64,000 bases of DNA from Octopus sinensis (lineage: Eukaryota): positions 113,832,001 through 113,896,000 of the forward strand of contig NC_042998.1 in the NCBI RefSeq assembly GCF_006345805.1, in the 5' to 3' direction. Below are positions 1 to 10,662 of the stretch, one piece after another (position 1 is the first letter of the stretch; each line of letters opens with the position of its first letter). A program made the translations under genes and the position numbers. A model generated the notes under the pieces. The model saw only the letters and a list, made by a program, of their open reading frames with translations. It did not search any database and was not told the origin of the DNA.

Positions 1-409
1 GTATTTATCGTTTTATGTTTCTATGGATATAAGTTTCTGCATTCTCATGAGCCCAAGTTCTCGTAATTCCATTTGCTCATTTCGTTATTTGTAGTAATAC
101 AATTATTATTGTAATCTTATACTTCTAATATTTATATATTTATGCATTTATGAAAATTTTCTTCTAATTTTTATATAATTTTCAAACAATTATTAAATAA
201 AGATTACACATTCCTTAATTTGATTTTCATAAATATTTTATCTATTTAATGTATTCTTTATTGCAATTAAGCACTCAAGAGTTATTAAATTCATATATTT
301 AAGGATTCGGTGTATTCATTTATTCACTTATTCGTAATTTACACATAATTTATAAATTTTGCATATCTGAACTAGTAGCCGTACACAAATATAAGTATGC
401 ATATCTCCA

Positions 410-592
410 TGTATGTATGTATGTATGTATGTATGTATGTATGTATGTATGTATGTATGTATGTATGTATGTATGTATGTATGTATGTATGTATGTATGT
501 ATGTATGTATGAATGAATGTATGTATGTATGTATGTATGTATGTATGTATGTATGTATGTATGAATGAATGTATGTATGTGTGTATGTATGT
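410..592. repeat. (ATGT)n microsatellite
   Basis: Near-perfect ATGT tandem array with two GAAT interruptions; produces the HTYI-repeat ORFs. Confidence 0.98.
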
Positions 593-1123
593 ATGAGGAT
601 ATAAGATGTAGGGTTCCAAAAGAGGATGGAGATATGTGTTCCTCTATGTGGATTATGTATGTACCTATGCATATATTTGCATATATATTTTTGTAAACAC
701 ATATATATGCATGTATGAATCTATATATCTGTACATGGCTGTTTGTACACACATACGTATATATGTAAATGTGATTGCTAATCTGGATGTCTTTTGGAAC
801 TATCTCTTGTATAATATACATTAAAAGTTAAGCGCCACACCAAGATACACAAATGATCGATTTTAGCTGAAATATGTAAATAGTAGAGTTACAGATATTT
901 AATGCACAAAACAAATATATTTACATTTTTAATTATTAAACATAGCAACAAATATAGTAATGGCTTGAGCGGAAATTTCAAATACATATTCCTGTTTGGT
1001 AAAGATGCTTCTATAGCAGAACAGAATTATAATAGCTATTCATTATTTACTGGAATAAATAAATATTTAAAAATATATATATTATAAAAGGAACAGGAAG
1101 TAAAACAACTACAAGAGACTTAC

Positions 1124-1125
<2 letters not shown>

Positions 1126-1186
<61 letters not shown>

Positions 1187-1235
1187 CTATATATATATAT
1201 ATATATATATACATATATACATATATGTATATATT
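1126..1235. repeat. (AT)n microsatellite
   Basis: Direct reading of the sequence. Confidence 0.97.
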
Positions 1236-1237
1236 CA

Positions 1238-1428
1238 AAATGTGACCGCGTGTGTATCGGTGGCAATTTTGGATCTTTCCTTTTCCTATGTTTCTGACGC
1301 GGAGCTCCGCTCGAAACGTTAAACCCTCCTTCTTTCTTTCCTTTCCTGAGCGTCCAATAACACTATACTTGTTCTACGCCCTCGCGTTGTTGTGTTTCCT
1401 CTTTGTCTTTTCATGTTTGGATTAACTA
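1238..1428 (+). mobile_element. Short non-autonomous element with hammerhead motif (Penelope pLTR-like, family 2)
   Basis: Homologous over about 190 bp to the reverse complement of 51042-51250; both copies end in TTTGGATTAAC directly abutting (TA)n; contains the hammerhead core. Confidence 0.7.
1290..1324 (+). ncRNA. Minimal type-I hammerhead ribozyme motif, core mutated (CTGACGC)
   Basis: GTTT-CTGACGC-G-GAGC-TCC-GCTC-GAAAC-GTT-AAAC; stem I GTTT/AAAC, stem II GAGC/GCTC; A9 changed to C relative to the intact copy at 51142-51176. Confidence 0.65.
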
Positions 1429-1439
1429 TATATATATAT

Positions 1440-1780
1440 ATCGCATGGCTCAGTGGTTAGAGCATCGAGCTTACGATCGTGAGGTTGTGAGCTCGAATCC
1501 CGGACCGGGCTGCGTGTTGTGTTCTTGAGCAAAGCACTTTATTTCACATTGCTCCAGTTCACTCAGCTGTAGAAATGAGTTGCGACGTCACAGGTGCCAA
1601 GCTGTATCGACCTTTGTCTTTCCCTTGGGTAACACTGGTGGCGTGGAGGGGGGAGGCTGGTATGCATGGGCGACTGCTGGTCTTCCATAAACAACCTTGC
1701 CCGGACTTGTGTCTAGGAGGGTAACTTTCTAGGTGCAATCCCATGGTCATTCATGACCGAAGGGGGTCTTTACCCCTTAC

Positions 1781-1782
<2 letters not shown>
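1440..1782 (+). mobile_element. tRNA-derived SINE family A (CORE/Meta-like central domain)
   Basis: A box TGGCTCAGTGG, B box-like GCTCGAATCC, central TTCTTGAGCAAAGCACTTTA...CTCCAGTTCACTCAGCTGT; second copy at 49367-49697. Confidence 0.85.
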
Positions 1783-1818
<36 letters not shown>

Positions 1819-1822
1819 CGAT

Positions 1823-2201
1823 TATTCTTTTCTGCTCTAGGTACAAGGCCTGAAATTTTTGGGGAGAGGGCCAGTCGCTTAGATCGATCCCAGTACGCAA
1901 CTGGTACTCAACTTATCGGCCCCGAAAAGATGAAAGGCAAACTCAGAACGTAAAGACAGACGAAATACCTATTTCTTTACTACACACAAGGAGCTAAACA
2001 CAGAGAGGACAAACAAGGACAGACAAACGGATTAAGTCGATTATATCGGCTCCAGTGCGTAACTGGTACTTAATTTATCGGCCCCGAAAAGATGAAAGGC
2101 AAAGTCGGCCTCCTCGGAATTTGAATTCAGAACATAAAGACAGACGAAATACCGCTAAGCATTTCGCTCGGCGTGCTAACGTTTCTGCCAGCTCACCGCC
2201 T
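1823..2201 (-). mobile_element. SINE family C (Nin/Deu-like domain), nested dimer
   Basis: Minus strand reads head GGCGGTGAGCTGGCAGAAACGTTAG, body, tail-1, junction GAAATAGGTATTTC, second body, tail-2 (AGGCCTTGTACCTAGAG). Confidence 0.88.
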
Positions 2202-2224
2202 TCCTTTATATTACTCGATTATTG

Positions 2225-2660
2225 GGACCGCCTTAAGGCATTGAGCGATGCATGTGGAAAATATATCATCAGCATTGCCCATACGACCTCAATATGGGCA
2301 TTCATCAATCGTTAGGATCACGAACCATACGTCCCCTACGTACTTCAGGATCACAACTCATAAATACACTGCAACACTATTTCTTTTCCTCAACAGGCTC
2401 TGCCCTATTTAACATTGCCCCGAACCAGATCAAAGAGAAAAAGGATCCCATCAGCGTTAAACGGAATCTGAACAAATTTATTCAACGGATACCAGATAAG
2501 CCACCTATATTTGGATACAACTCACTCAACGAGAACTCCCTACTGCAAGGGGGGGGGCATGATGCAACAAAACGTGACTCAAAAAGGACTTAGCAAATCC
2601 TATCAGGTGGTCTTATTAAGTTAGACATAGTCTGGACCAAACTTTGGTCGAAACATACCT
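2225..2660 (+). mobile_element. CR1-clade LINE 3' fragment
   Basis: ORF 2252-2593 (MWKIYHQHCP...GSALFNIAP...LNKFIQRIPDKP...GY...NSLL) matches the C-terminal signature of CR1 ORF2. Confidence 0.7.
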
Positions 2661-2684
2661 AAATTTTCTAAGTTATATATATAC

Positions 2685-2732
<48 letters not shown>

Positions 2733-2754
2733 ATATACATACATAATATATATA

Positions 2755-3559
2755 CGAGGGTGGGCTGAAAAGTTCATAAGCTGACCACGATGCAATGGTC
2801 GAACTTCACCAAATGTAATATATTTTATGTCATAGTTTCCTCTGCCGTCCATACACTTCTTCCATCGGTGTTGCAGCGCTTGGATTCCCGTGGTATAGAA
2901 GCTCTCATCCTGACCCTCAAAAAAGTCCTCCACAGCAGATATGACCTCATCATCGGTCCGATACTGCTTCCCAGCCAAGTGTTTTTTTTTTTCCATGGTG
3001 GAGAACAGAAAGTATTCAGATGGTGCCAAACCAGGAGAATATGGAGGGGGATCAATCAGTTCAAAGACACAGTCGCGCACAGCAGCCATTGCAACTACAG
3101 ACTTGTGAGCAAGAGTACTGTCCTGGTGAAGCAGGGCCTCATTAACTATCTGATTAACATTACGTCTTTCATCCATTACCATGTTGTGAACATGGTCGAT
3201 GTTTTCGTGGGTGGTGGCTGTGACAGGACGTCCGGACCTTGGATCATCTTCAAAACTTTCCTATCCTTCTTGAATTCAGCTGCCCACTTTTCACAGTTGA
3301 TAAAGCTGGAGCATCATCCTCTAATGTTTCAACCATGTCAGCATGAATGTGTGCAGATATTTGATAACACCACGGTGCCAAATTTGATCCATTTTCAAGA
3401 AATGTCTCTAGTACTACTGTTCCAAGACCTCAATTCTGTACCCAATGTGAGTTTATTTGGAAAGAAAACATGCAGTTAGCATCATTAAAGGTTGCCAAGT
3501 TTAATTTCTGTATGATAACGCCTTCTTAGCTATCCTATAAACTTTCCAGCCTATTCTCG
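2755..3559 (-). mobile_element. Mariner transposon, internally deleted
   Basis: TA-flanked imperfect TIRs (CGAGGGTGGGCTGAAAAGTTCATA and the reverse complement CGAGAATAGGCTGGAAAGTTTATA); transposase motifs LLHQDS, PPYSPGLAPSEYFLF and RWKKC; the N-terminal part joins directly to HQD at about 3145. Confidence 0.93.
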
Positions 3560-3576
3560 TATATATATATATATAT

Positions 3577-3876
3577 ACGGAGGCGCAGTGGTTAGGGCAG
3601 CGGACTCGCGGTCGTAGGATCGCGGTTTCAATTCCCAGACCGGGCGTTGTGTGTGTTTATTGAGCGAAAACGCCTAAAAGCTCCACGAGGCTCCAGCAGG
3701 GGATGGTGATCCCTGCTGTACTCTTTCACCACTCTTTCTCCCACTCTTTCTTATGTTGGCCTGCTCGCTTAGCCAGCGAGGTGTCGTCATTCGAAGGCTA
3801 AAACAATGTGAAGTGCATTGTGACCAGCGATGTGTAACAACATCTGATGGTCTGGTCGGTCATGTGATCATGTGAT
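3577..3876 (+). mobile_element. tRNA-derived SINE family B
   Basis: Head GGAGGCGCAGTGGTTAGGGCAGCGGACT...GGTTTCAATTCC; ends in GGTCATGTGATCATGTGA; flanked by (TA)n. Confidence 0.8.
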
Positions 3877-4015
3877 ATATATATATACGTACGTGCGTGT
3901 GTGTGCGTACACTTAAATCATCCGTCACTTGTGAGTGTACATGATTAGATAACACGTACCATCTCAAGTAGACCTAAACAATCTCGAACCTGTCTCACAT
4001 CAAGACTGTGACGGC

Positions 4016-4019
<4 letters not shown>

Positions 4020-4079
<60 letters not shown>

Positions 4080-4135
4080 GAGAGAGAAAGAGAGAAAGAG
4101 AGAAGAGAAGAGAGAGAGAGAGAGGAGAGAGAGAG

Positions 4136-4170
<35 letters not shown>
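4020..4170. repeat. (AG)n microsatellite
   Basis: Direct reading of the sequence. Confidence 0.97.
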
Positions 4171-4375
4171 ACACACCAGCAATCGGCTAGTAACCATTAT
4201 AGCTATGTAGACTGGTTGCAACGTGAAATGATGCGTCTTCTTCAAGGACACAATATGCCGATTGTTCGAGGAATTGAACGCGCGACCTTGCGAGCGTGAG
4301 CCGAAAACTCCAATTACAAACCTACGAGCTTTCAAAGTATATACATACACCCATGCACATACACATACACATACA

Positions 4376-4377
<2 letters not shown>

Positions 4378-4460
<83 letters not shown>

Positions 4461-4480
4461 CTAATTCTTATATATTTATG

Positions 4481-4517
<37 letters not shown>

Positions 4518-4521
4518 CATA

Positions 4522-4553
<32 letters not shown>

Positions 4554-4598
4554 ATATATGCACATGTGCATGTCTATTTCTTTCTTTCTTTCTTTCTT

Positions 4599-4649
<51 letters not shown>

Positions 4650-4670
4650 CTATCTATCTATGTATCTATC
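4378..4670. repeat. (TCTA)n / (CA)n / (TA)n compound microsatellite
   Basis: Direct reading of the sequence. Confidence 0.95.
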
Positions 4671-5304
4671 TATATACATATATACGGAGAAAGAGACATG
4701 CAGACCGACTGCATATGTACACATGTGTGTATGTGTGCAAGTGCGTTTGCGACATTTTGTCTTCGAGCTGTATCGTATATACGAATACCCGCATGATGGT
4801 AGGTAGAGAATGTGTTAAATGAAACATAAGACAAAAGATGAAACCCAAAAATCAAAACAGCTACAAGAAACTTTTTTCCTCAGATCAAACTTTGAAACGG
4901 AAGTGACGACACACGGCTAAGTTTATAATTTTCTCGCGTAGAATACGAAGATGTTTTAGAACACTTCCGTTCTCCCACATTGTCTAACACTTCCAACTAA
5001 CTGGAAGATAAACAAAAGCAACAACAATAACAACACCCAACAATACACAGTATACTGGCGGCAATAATGCTTGTATCTATCTTTGTTAATGCATCTATGA
5101 ATACATGAAGTAATAAATGGCTAGAGAGTTCGGTGTAAAAGAAATTATGTTGATAAAGCCTAAAGTGTGGTGTTTTCGGCAAGTATTCATTTATTATGAA
5201 ATAGATGGGTGGTTGGGCAGAAGTCTTTCTTTGTAACATAATGAAAATGAAAACACGTTGTCCTCGGTAATTCTAACCACTTAAAAACACTAGTTTGTAT
5301 TTAT

Positions 5305-5515
5305 GGCGGCGAGCTGGCAGAATCGTCAGCACGCCGGGCAAAATGATTAGCAGCGTTTCGTCAGTTTCCACGTTCTGATTTCCAATTCCGCTAATGTTGA
5401 CTTTGCCTTCCATCCTTTCGGGATCGATGAAATAAGTACCAGTTGAACACTAGGGTCGATCTAATTGACTTAGTCTCTCCCCCAATATTTCTGGCCTTGT
5501 TCCAAAATTTGAAAC
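5305..5515 (+). mobile_element. SINE family C, tail-2 monomer
   Basis: GGCGGCGAGCTGGCAGAATCG head; GACTTTGCCTTCCATCCTTTCGGGATCGAT body; GGCCTTGTTCC tail. Confidence 0.85.
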
Positions 5516-5527
5516 AATTATTATCGT

Positions 5528-5596
5528 ACAGTTCTATATTTAAAAGATGAGGAGTTATGAATATTATTTAAATTATTTACATTTCACGGATATTTA
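5528..5596 (-). mobile_element. Inverted 3'-terminal fragment of the tRNA-hammerhead element
   Basis: ACAGTTCTATATTTAAAAGATGAGGAG...TATTTACATTTCACGGATATT matches 55863-55921 and is the reverse complement of the element end at 5849-5870. Confidence 0.75.
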
Positions 5597-5606
5597 CATT
5601 TTTGAC

Positions 5607-5893
5607 GGCATATGGTGTAGTGGTTAAGAGCGCGGGCTACTAACCTCAAGATTCCGTGTTCGATTCCAGGCTGTGACCTGAATAATAATAATAATAATAA
5701 TAACAATAATAATAATAATAATAATAACAACAACATCGAAAATACCTTAGGAATGAGAACCCAGGTTCGAAATTTCCCCAAGACACCTGATGAAGGCTGG
5801 AGGGTATATCAGCCGAAGCGTTGTGTTAAGAACAAACAAGATGAGAACAAATATCCGTCAAATGTAAATAAATATAAATAATATACATAATTA
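5607..5893 (+). mobile_element. tRNA-headed, hammerhead-containing SINE-like element (family 1)
   Basis: A box TGGTGTAGTGG 5613-5623, anticodon-like arm GGG-CTACTAA-CC, B box GTTCGATTCC 5658-5667, (AAT)n spacer, then hammerhead 5782-5827; homologous to 55863-56220. Confidence 0.8.
5782..5827 (+). ncRNA. Minimal type-I hammerhead motif (GAAA changed to GAAG)
   Basis: GACAC-CTGATGA-A-GGCTG-GAGGGTATAT-CAGCC-GAAG-C-GTT-GTGTT. Confidence 0.7.
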
Positions 5894-5905
5894 TTATCAT
5901 AACAT

Positions 5906-6100
5906 GGCAAACTGGCAGAATCGTTTAGAGGCGTTTCGTCCGTCTTTATATTCTGACAGAACAAGTTCAAATTCCGCCGAGGTTGACTTTGTCTTTCATC
6001 CTTTTGAGGCAGATGAAATAATTACCAGTTGAACATTGGGGTCGATGTAATCGGCTTAGCCCTACCCCTGAAATTGCTTGCGCCAAAATTTGAAATCAAA
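5906..6100 (+). mobile_element. SINE family C, diverged monomer
   Basis: CTGGCAGAATCGTT...GTTCAAATTCCGCCGAGGTTGACTTTGTCTTTCATCC...GGGGTCGATGTAATCG. Confidence 0.8.
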
Positions 6101-6332
6101 TTTCACAATTCCCTGTCATTACGGTTAAAGTGATGACGACCACTACAACAACTATAACAATAGCAACATCGATAACTCCATCGACATCAGCAACAGAAAC
6201 AACAACTGAAATAATCCAGTATTACTCAGTATAACGAGAGTCACAACGAGACGGCAACAACCAAAATGAAAGAACTACTACAATTACAACAAGAGCGCAA
6301 GGCCCAACAATAAAGCAACAACTGCAATTAAT

Positions 6333-6971
6333 CCTTTCTACTATAGGCACAAGGCCTGGAATCTAGGGGCAGGGGCTTAATCGATTACATCGAACCCAGT
6401 ACGCAATTAGTACTTATTTTATCGACCCCTAAAGGATGAAAGGCAAAATCGAACTCGGCGAAATTTGAGCTCAGAATCTAAAGATGGTCGAAATGTCGCT
6501 AAGTATTTTGCCCGGTGTGCTAACGTTTCTTATTTCTTTATTGCCCACAAGGGGCTAAACATAGAGGGGATAAACAAGGGCAGGATTAAGTCGATTCCAT
6601 CGACCCCGGTGCGTAACTGGTACTTAATTTATCGACCCCGAAAGGATGAAAGGCAAAGTCGAACTCGGAAGAATTTGAACTCAGAGCGAAAAGACAGACG
6701 AAATACCACTAAGCATTTCGCCCGGCGTGCTAACGTTTCTTATTTCTTTATTGCCCACAAGGGGCTAAACATAGAGGGGACAAACAAGGACAAAAGGGAT
6801 TAAGTCGATTACATCGACCCCAGTACGCAACTGGTACTTAATTTATCGACCCCGAAAGGATGAAAAGCAAAGTCAACCTCGCCGAAACTTGAACTCAGAA
6901 CACGAAGACAGACGAAATACCGCTAAGCATTTCGCCCGGCGTGCTAACGTTTCTGCCAGCTCGCCGCCTTG
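6333..6971 (-). mobile_element. SINE family C trimer flanked by a 15-bp direct repeat
   Basis: Three tandem bodies (tail-1, tail-1, tail-2); ACAACTGCAATTAAT at 6318-6332 and 6972-6986. Confidence 0.92.
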
Positions 6972-7189
6972 ACAACTGCAATTAATACGATCACAAGCTG
7001 GATACAACAATCGCAGCAATAATCATGCAAGACTTAACAACTAAAATTACGACTACTACAGTGTCAAGGAGGCCATACAACAAGCACAGCGACAGCATTA
7101 AGAGGCGAAACAATGCCTCGATGATAAATAGGAATGGATGATTGACGGCGTTTGAAGTTTCACCTGTGAATTTGACGGATATGCAAGGT

Positions 7190-7337
7190 TGATGATGTTT
7201 ATGAAGATTGTGGTGTTGATGGTGATGGTGATTTTGAGGAGGAGAGGAGGATGAGAAGAATGAGAGGGGTGGGAGTAGGAGGAAAGGGAATTAATAATGT
7301 AATGGCAATGATGATGACGCTGCGGGTGATGAAGCAT

Positions 7338-7368
<31 letters not shown>

Positions 7369-7810
7369 GGAGGAGGAGGCGGAGGATATTGATGATAGTA
7401 ATTTTGACGATGACGGTCGTCATGATGGAGATGGGGATGATGACGACGACGACGACGACGACGATGATGATGATGATAATGATGATTATGTTGGATTGAT
7501 GCATCTTCTGATGAATTAGGGAGAAGCGCAGTCACAAAATTAAAAAAAACACGAAACAGAAGGTAACAAAATAAGAGGTAGTAGTATTAGTGGTGGTGGT
7601 GGTGGTGGTTGTGGTAGTAGTAGTAGTAGTGGAGGAGGAGGAGGAGGAAGAGGTAGAGGACAGGAAGAGGAGAAGAAGAGGAAGGAGCAGAAGGTGGAGG
7701 ACAGGAGGAGGAGGAGGAGGAAGAGGAGAAGAAGAAGAAGAGGAAGGAGGGGATGACGAAGGATCATAAGAAGTATAATGAAAAGAAGAATAAGAAGAGA
7801 AAGAAAAAGA
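7190..7810. repeat. Compound trinucleotide low-complexity tract (GAT/GAC/GGA/GGT/AGT/GAA)
   Basis: Direct reading; source of the poly-H/M/I/T/S ORFs. Confidence 0.9.
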
Positions 7811-8045
7811 AATACAAAAACCAAGTGAAAAGCACACAGATAAAGTGTGTGTATGTGTATGTCTATGTAAGTGTGAATGCATTTATACATACGCATGTGT
7901 ATGTGAGTATACGCATATGTGAGTATGCGTGTCTATGTCTGTGGATGTGTGTGTGTGTATCTGTCATTAATTAATGGGGAGATAATTGACGTGTTAATAT
8001 CGATTTTTTTCGAAAAAAAGACAAAAGATGTGAAGATGAAGTAAA

Positions 8046-8135
8046 ATATCGAATTAATGAAATTGTTGCTGCAATAGATGTTGTTGTTTAGCCCCAGGTC
8101 AGTCCTGATTGAACCAACCTATGATCAAAAGCTTT
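8046..8135. repeat. Left arm of a 90-bp inverted repeat (partner 9537-9626)
   Basis: 86/90 identical to the reverse complement of 9537-9626 by manual comparison. Confidence 0.92.
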
Positions 8136-8530
8136 TCAGCCGTGGCAAAGTATCACTTTTAAGACGATACACGAGTTTTAATAGAAGTTTGGCTGTTATT
8201 TCTAGCTGGTCAAAACTCGTGGGGTTTTATTTTGTTTTTCGTTTTGTTGCTGTTGATTAGTACGAGGTAGGTTATAATTGATTACTGTCGGGTTCTCCGT
8301 CAGCTTCGAGGATGAACAAGCACGCAACTGTTCGATCAGCTGAATTCCTGCTAGTGAAATTATGTAAGCGGTCGAATATTCCACGGACAAGTTAATTTTT
8401 AACGTAATTATTAGACATAATCAGCGTAACAAAGTCTGAGACAAAGCTGGATCGCCGAGTTACAATTACATTCTACGAAGAAAGAGAGAAAGAGAGAGTG
8501 AGAGAGAGAGACAGGGAGAGAGAGAGAAAG

Positions 8531-8561
<31 letters not shown>

Positions 8562-9169
8562 GAACAAAACCAGTACTGGACAGGCAATTTATTTATGGAC
8601 CTGAAAAGGTGTAACTCAAATCTAACCTGCATGAGATTTGAACCTAGAACACTAATACCGCAAGGTATTGTAACCGTCCTACCAACGATTCTATTAATTA
8701 ACCGCAAGTGGCTGGTTGACAAAACCCATAATCAAAGGCGATTCTAACAATGACGATCATGCCGCCGCCATTTCTCCTGGATTAATCTACTCTGGACAAA
8801 ATGATCTTATGTGGCTTTTAAAAGACGGTAGGGTGGTTGTTTGAAGTAGATTTGACTGTTATTTCTAGCCGGCTCTAGCGGCACCCCCGTGAAGGTGAGG
8901 GTATCATTAACACCAACATCGTCAGCGATGGCGACATACTTGCCTTAATGGAATTTCCATCCAGCAGGATGTGTTGAGAACATTTCCGGTTGGGAGTAGT
9001 GGTCACATCTTATTACTGCATTATTAACGCTGCTGCTGCTGCTCTCCGGCACCCCTATACGCTTCCTTCTGTTTGAGTAGTGGATATATAGCTATATTCA
9101 TATACACATGCATATATGAATATATGTGCATATGATGTATATACGTGCCACACATATGTGTATGTGTGC

Positions 9170-9236
9170 ATATATATATATATATATATATAGTATATGT
9201 ATATGTATATATATATAATATATATATATTATGATG

Positions 9237-9317
<81 letters not shown>

Positions 9318-9370
9318 CATATATATATATACATATTATATAATATACATATATATATATACATTATTAT

Positions 9371-9453
<83 letters not shown>

Positions 9454-9536
9454 CATACATACATATATTATATATACATATATATATATATACATATCTC
9501 TATATTATATATATATATACACACACTCATATATAT
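9170..9536. repeat. (AT)n/(AC)n microsatellite
   Basis: Direct reading of the sequence. Confidence 0.95.
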
Positions 9537-9626
9537 AAAGCTTTTGATCATGGGTGGGTTCAATCAGGACTGACCTAGGGCTAAAAAACAACATCTATTG
9601 CAGCAACAATTTCATTAATTCGATAT
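9537..9626. repeat. Right arm of the 90-bp inverted repeat, embedded in (AT)n
   Basis: Reverse complement of 8046-8135. Confidence 0.92.
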
Positions 9627-9725
9627 ATATATGTGTATGTGTATATATATGTGAATCTACAATTATATATATGCATATAAATACATGTATATGTATGCAA
9701 GCATGTGTATATATATATATATTAT

Positions 9726-9762
<37 letters not shown>

Positions 9763-10079
9763 ATATATATTATATATACATGTGTGTGTGTGTGTGTGTG
9801 ATGTGTGCCTGTATTGTAACGGTTCATGCATGCTATTACTGAACCCGCATAGTTTCGTCAGTGAGTGGCTAACGGTCTATCTATTTCTAGATATCTCTCC
9901 ATCTATCTGTTTCTCACATACATGTGCTCACATTCGTATGCGTGTACGAACATCTATAGAACCCTCTACGTAAAAATGTACATACATAGACACTCTACAC
10001 GTATGAGCGCGTATGATCCTCCGATTCTGTATTTATGCATATATGTATGTATGTATATATGAATATGTATTTTTTTTAT

Positions 10080-10477
10080 TCTTGTGTTTGTTTCAGTCAT
10101 TTGACTGGAGCCATGCTGGAGCACCGCCTTTAGTCGAACATATCGACCCCAGAACTAATTCTTGGTAAGCCTAGTACTTTTCTATCGGTCTCTTTTGCCG
10201 AACCGCTAATTTACGGGGACGTAAACACACCAAAATCGGTTGTCAAGCGACAGTCGAGTGGGTGTACAAACACAGACACAAATATATAAACGCATATATA
10301 TAAGACTGACTTCATTCAGCTTCTGGCTACCAAACCCACTCGCAAGGCTTCGGTCTGCTCGAGGCTATAGTAGAAGGCACTACTAGCCCAAGGTGCCATG
10401 CAGTAGGACTGAACCCGGAACCATGTGGCCGGTAGGTTGGTAAACAAGTTACTTACCACATAGCCACTCCTGTGCTT
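10080..10477 (-). mobile_element. tRNA-derived SINE family D
   Basis: Minus-strand head GCACAGGAGTGGCTATGTGGTAAG...GGTTCAGTCC...GGCACCTTGGG; related copies at 25335, 54125 and 63805. Confidence 0.8.
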
Positions 10478-10628
10478 ACATACATACATACATACATACA
10501 CATACATACATACATACATAATGTATGTGTGTGTGTGTGTATAAAAGTAAGAGAGGGAGAAGAAACACGCTTTCTAATCTATCACTGGGCCGATAGCGGC
10601 TTTAACTGCTCTTTCTCCCTCTCTTTGT

Positions 10629-10662
<34 letters not shown>

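Noticed and set aside
328-821. ORFs of 89-149 aa rich in HTYI, and all similar YI, CV, LSIY, HT and RE repeat ORFs across the window
   Set aside because: They are translations of microsatellites that lack stop codons in some frames; there is no coding signal.
2625-2660. CTG-GACCAAA-C-TTTGGTC-GAAAC resembling a hammerhead
   Set aside because: The CTGANGA core is missing, there is no stem I, and it lies in a CR1 3' UTR hairpin.
5607-5675. Functional tRNA gene
   Set aside because: The acceptor stem does not pair, and the sequence continues into a body shared with another locus, so it is a SINE head. The same applies to the tRNA-like heads at 1440, 3577, 37465 and 49367.
7098-7896. Poly-His/Pro/Ser/Thr ORFs resembling low-complexity proteins
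   Set aside because: Compound trinucleotide tract open in several frames on both strands, with no domain or splice context.
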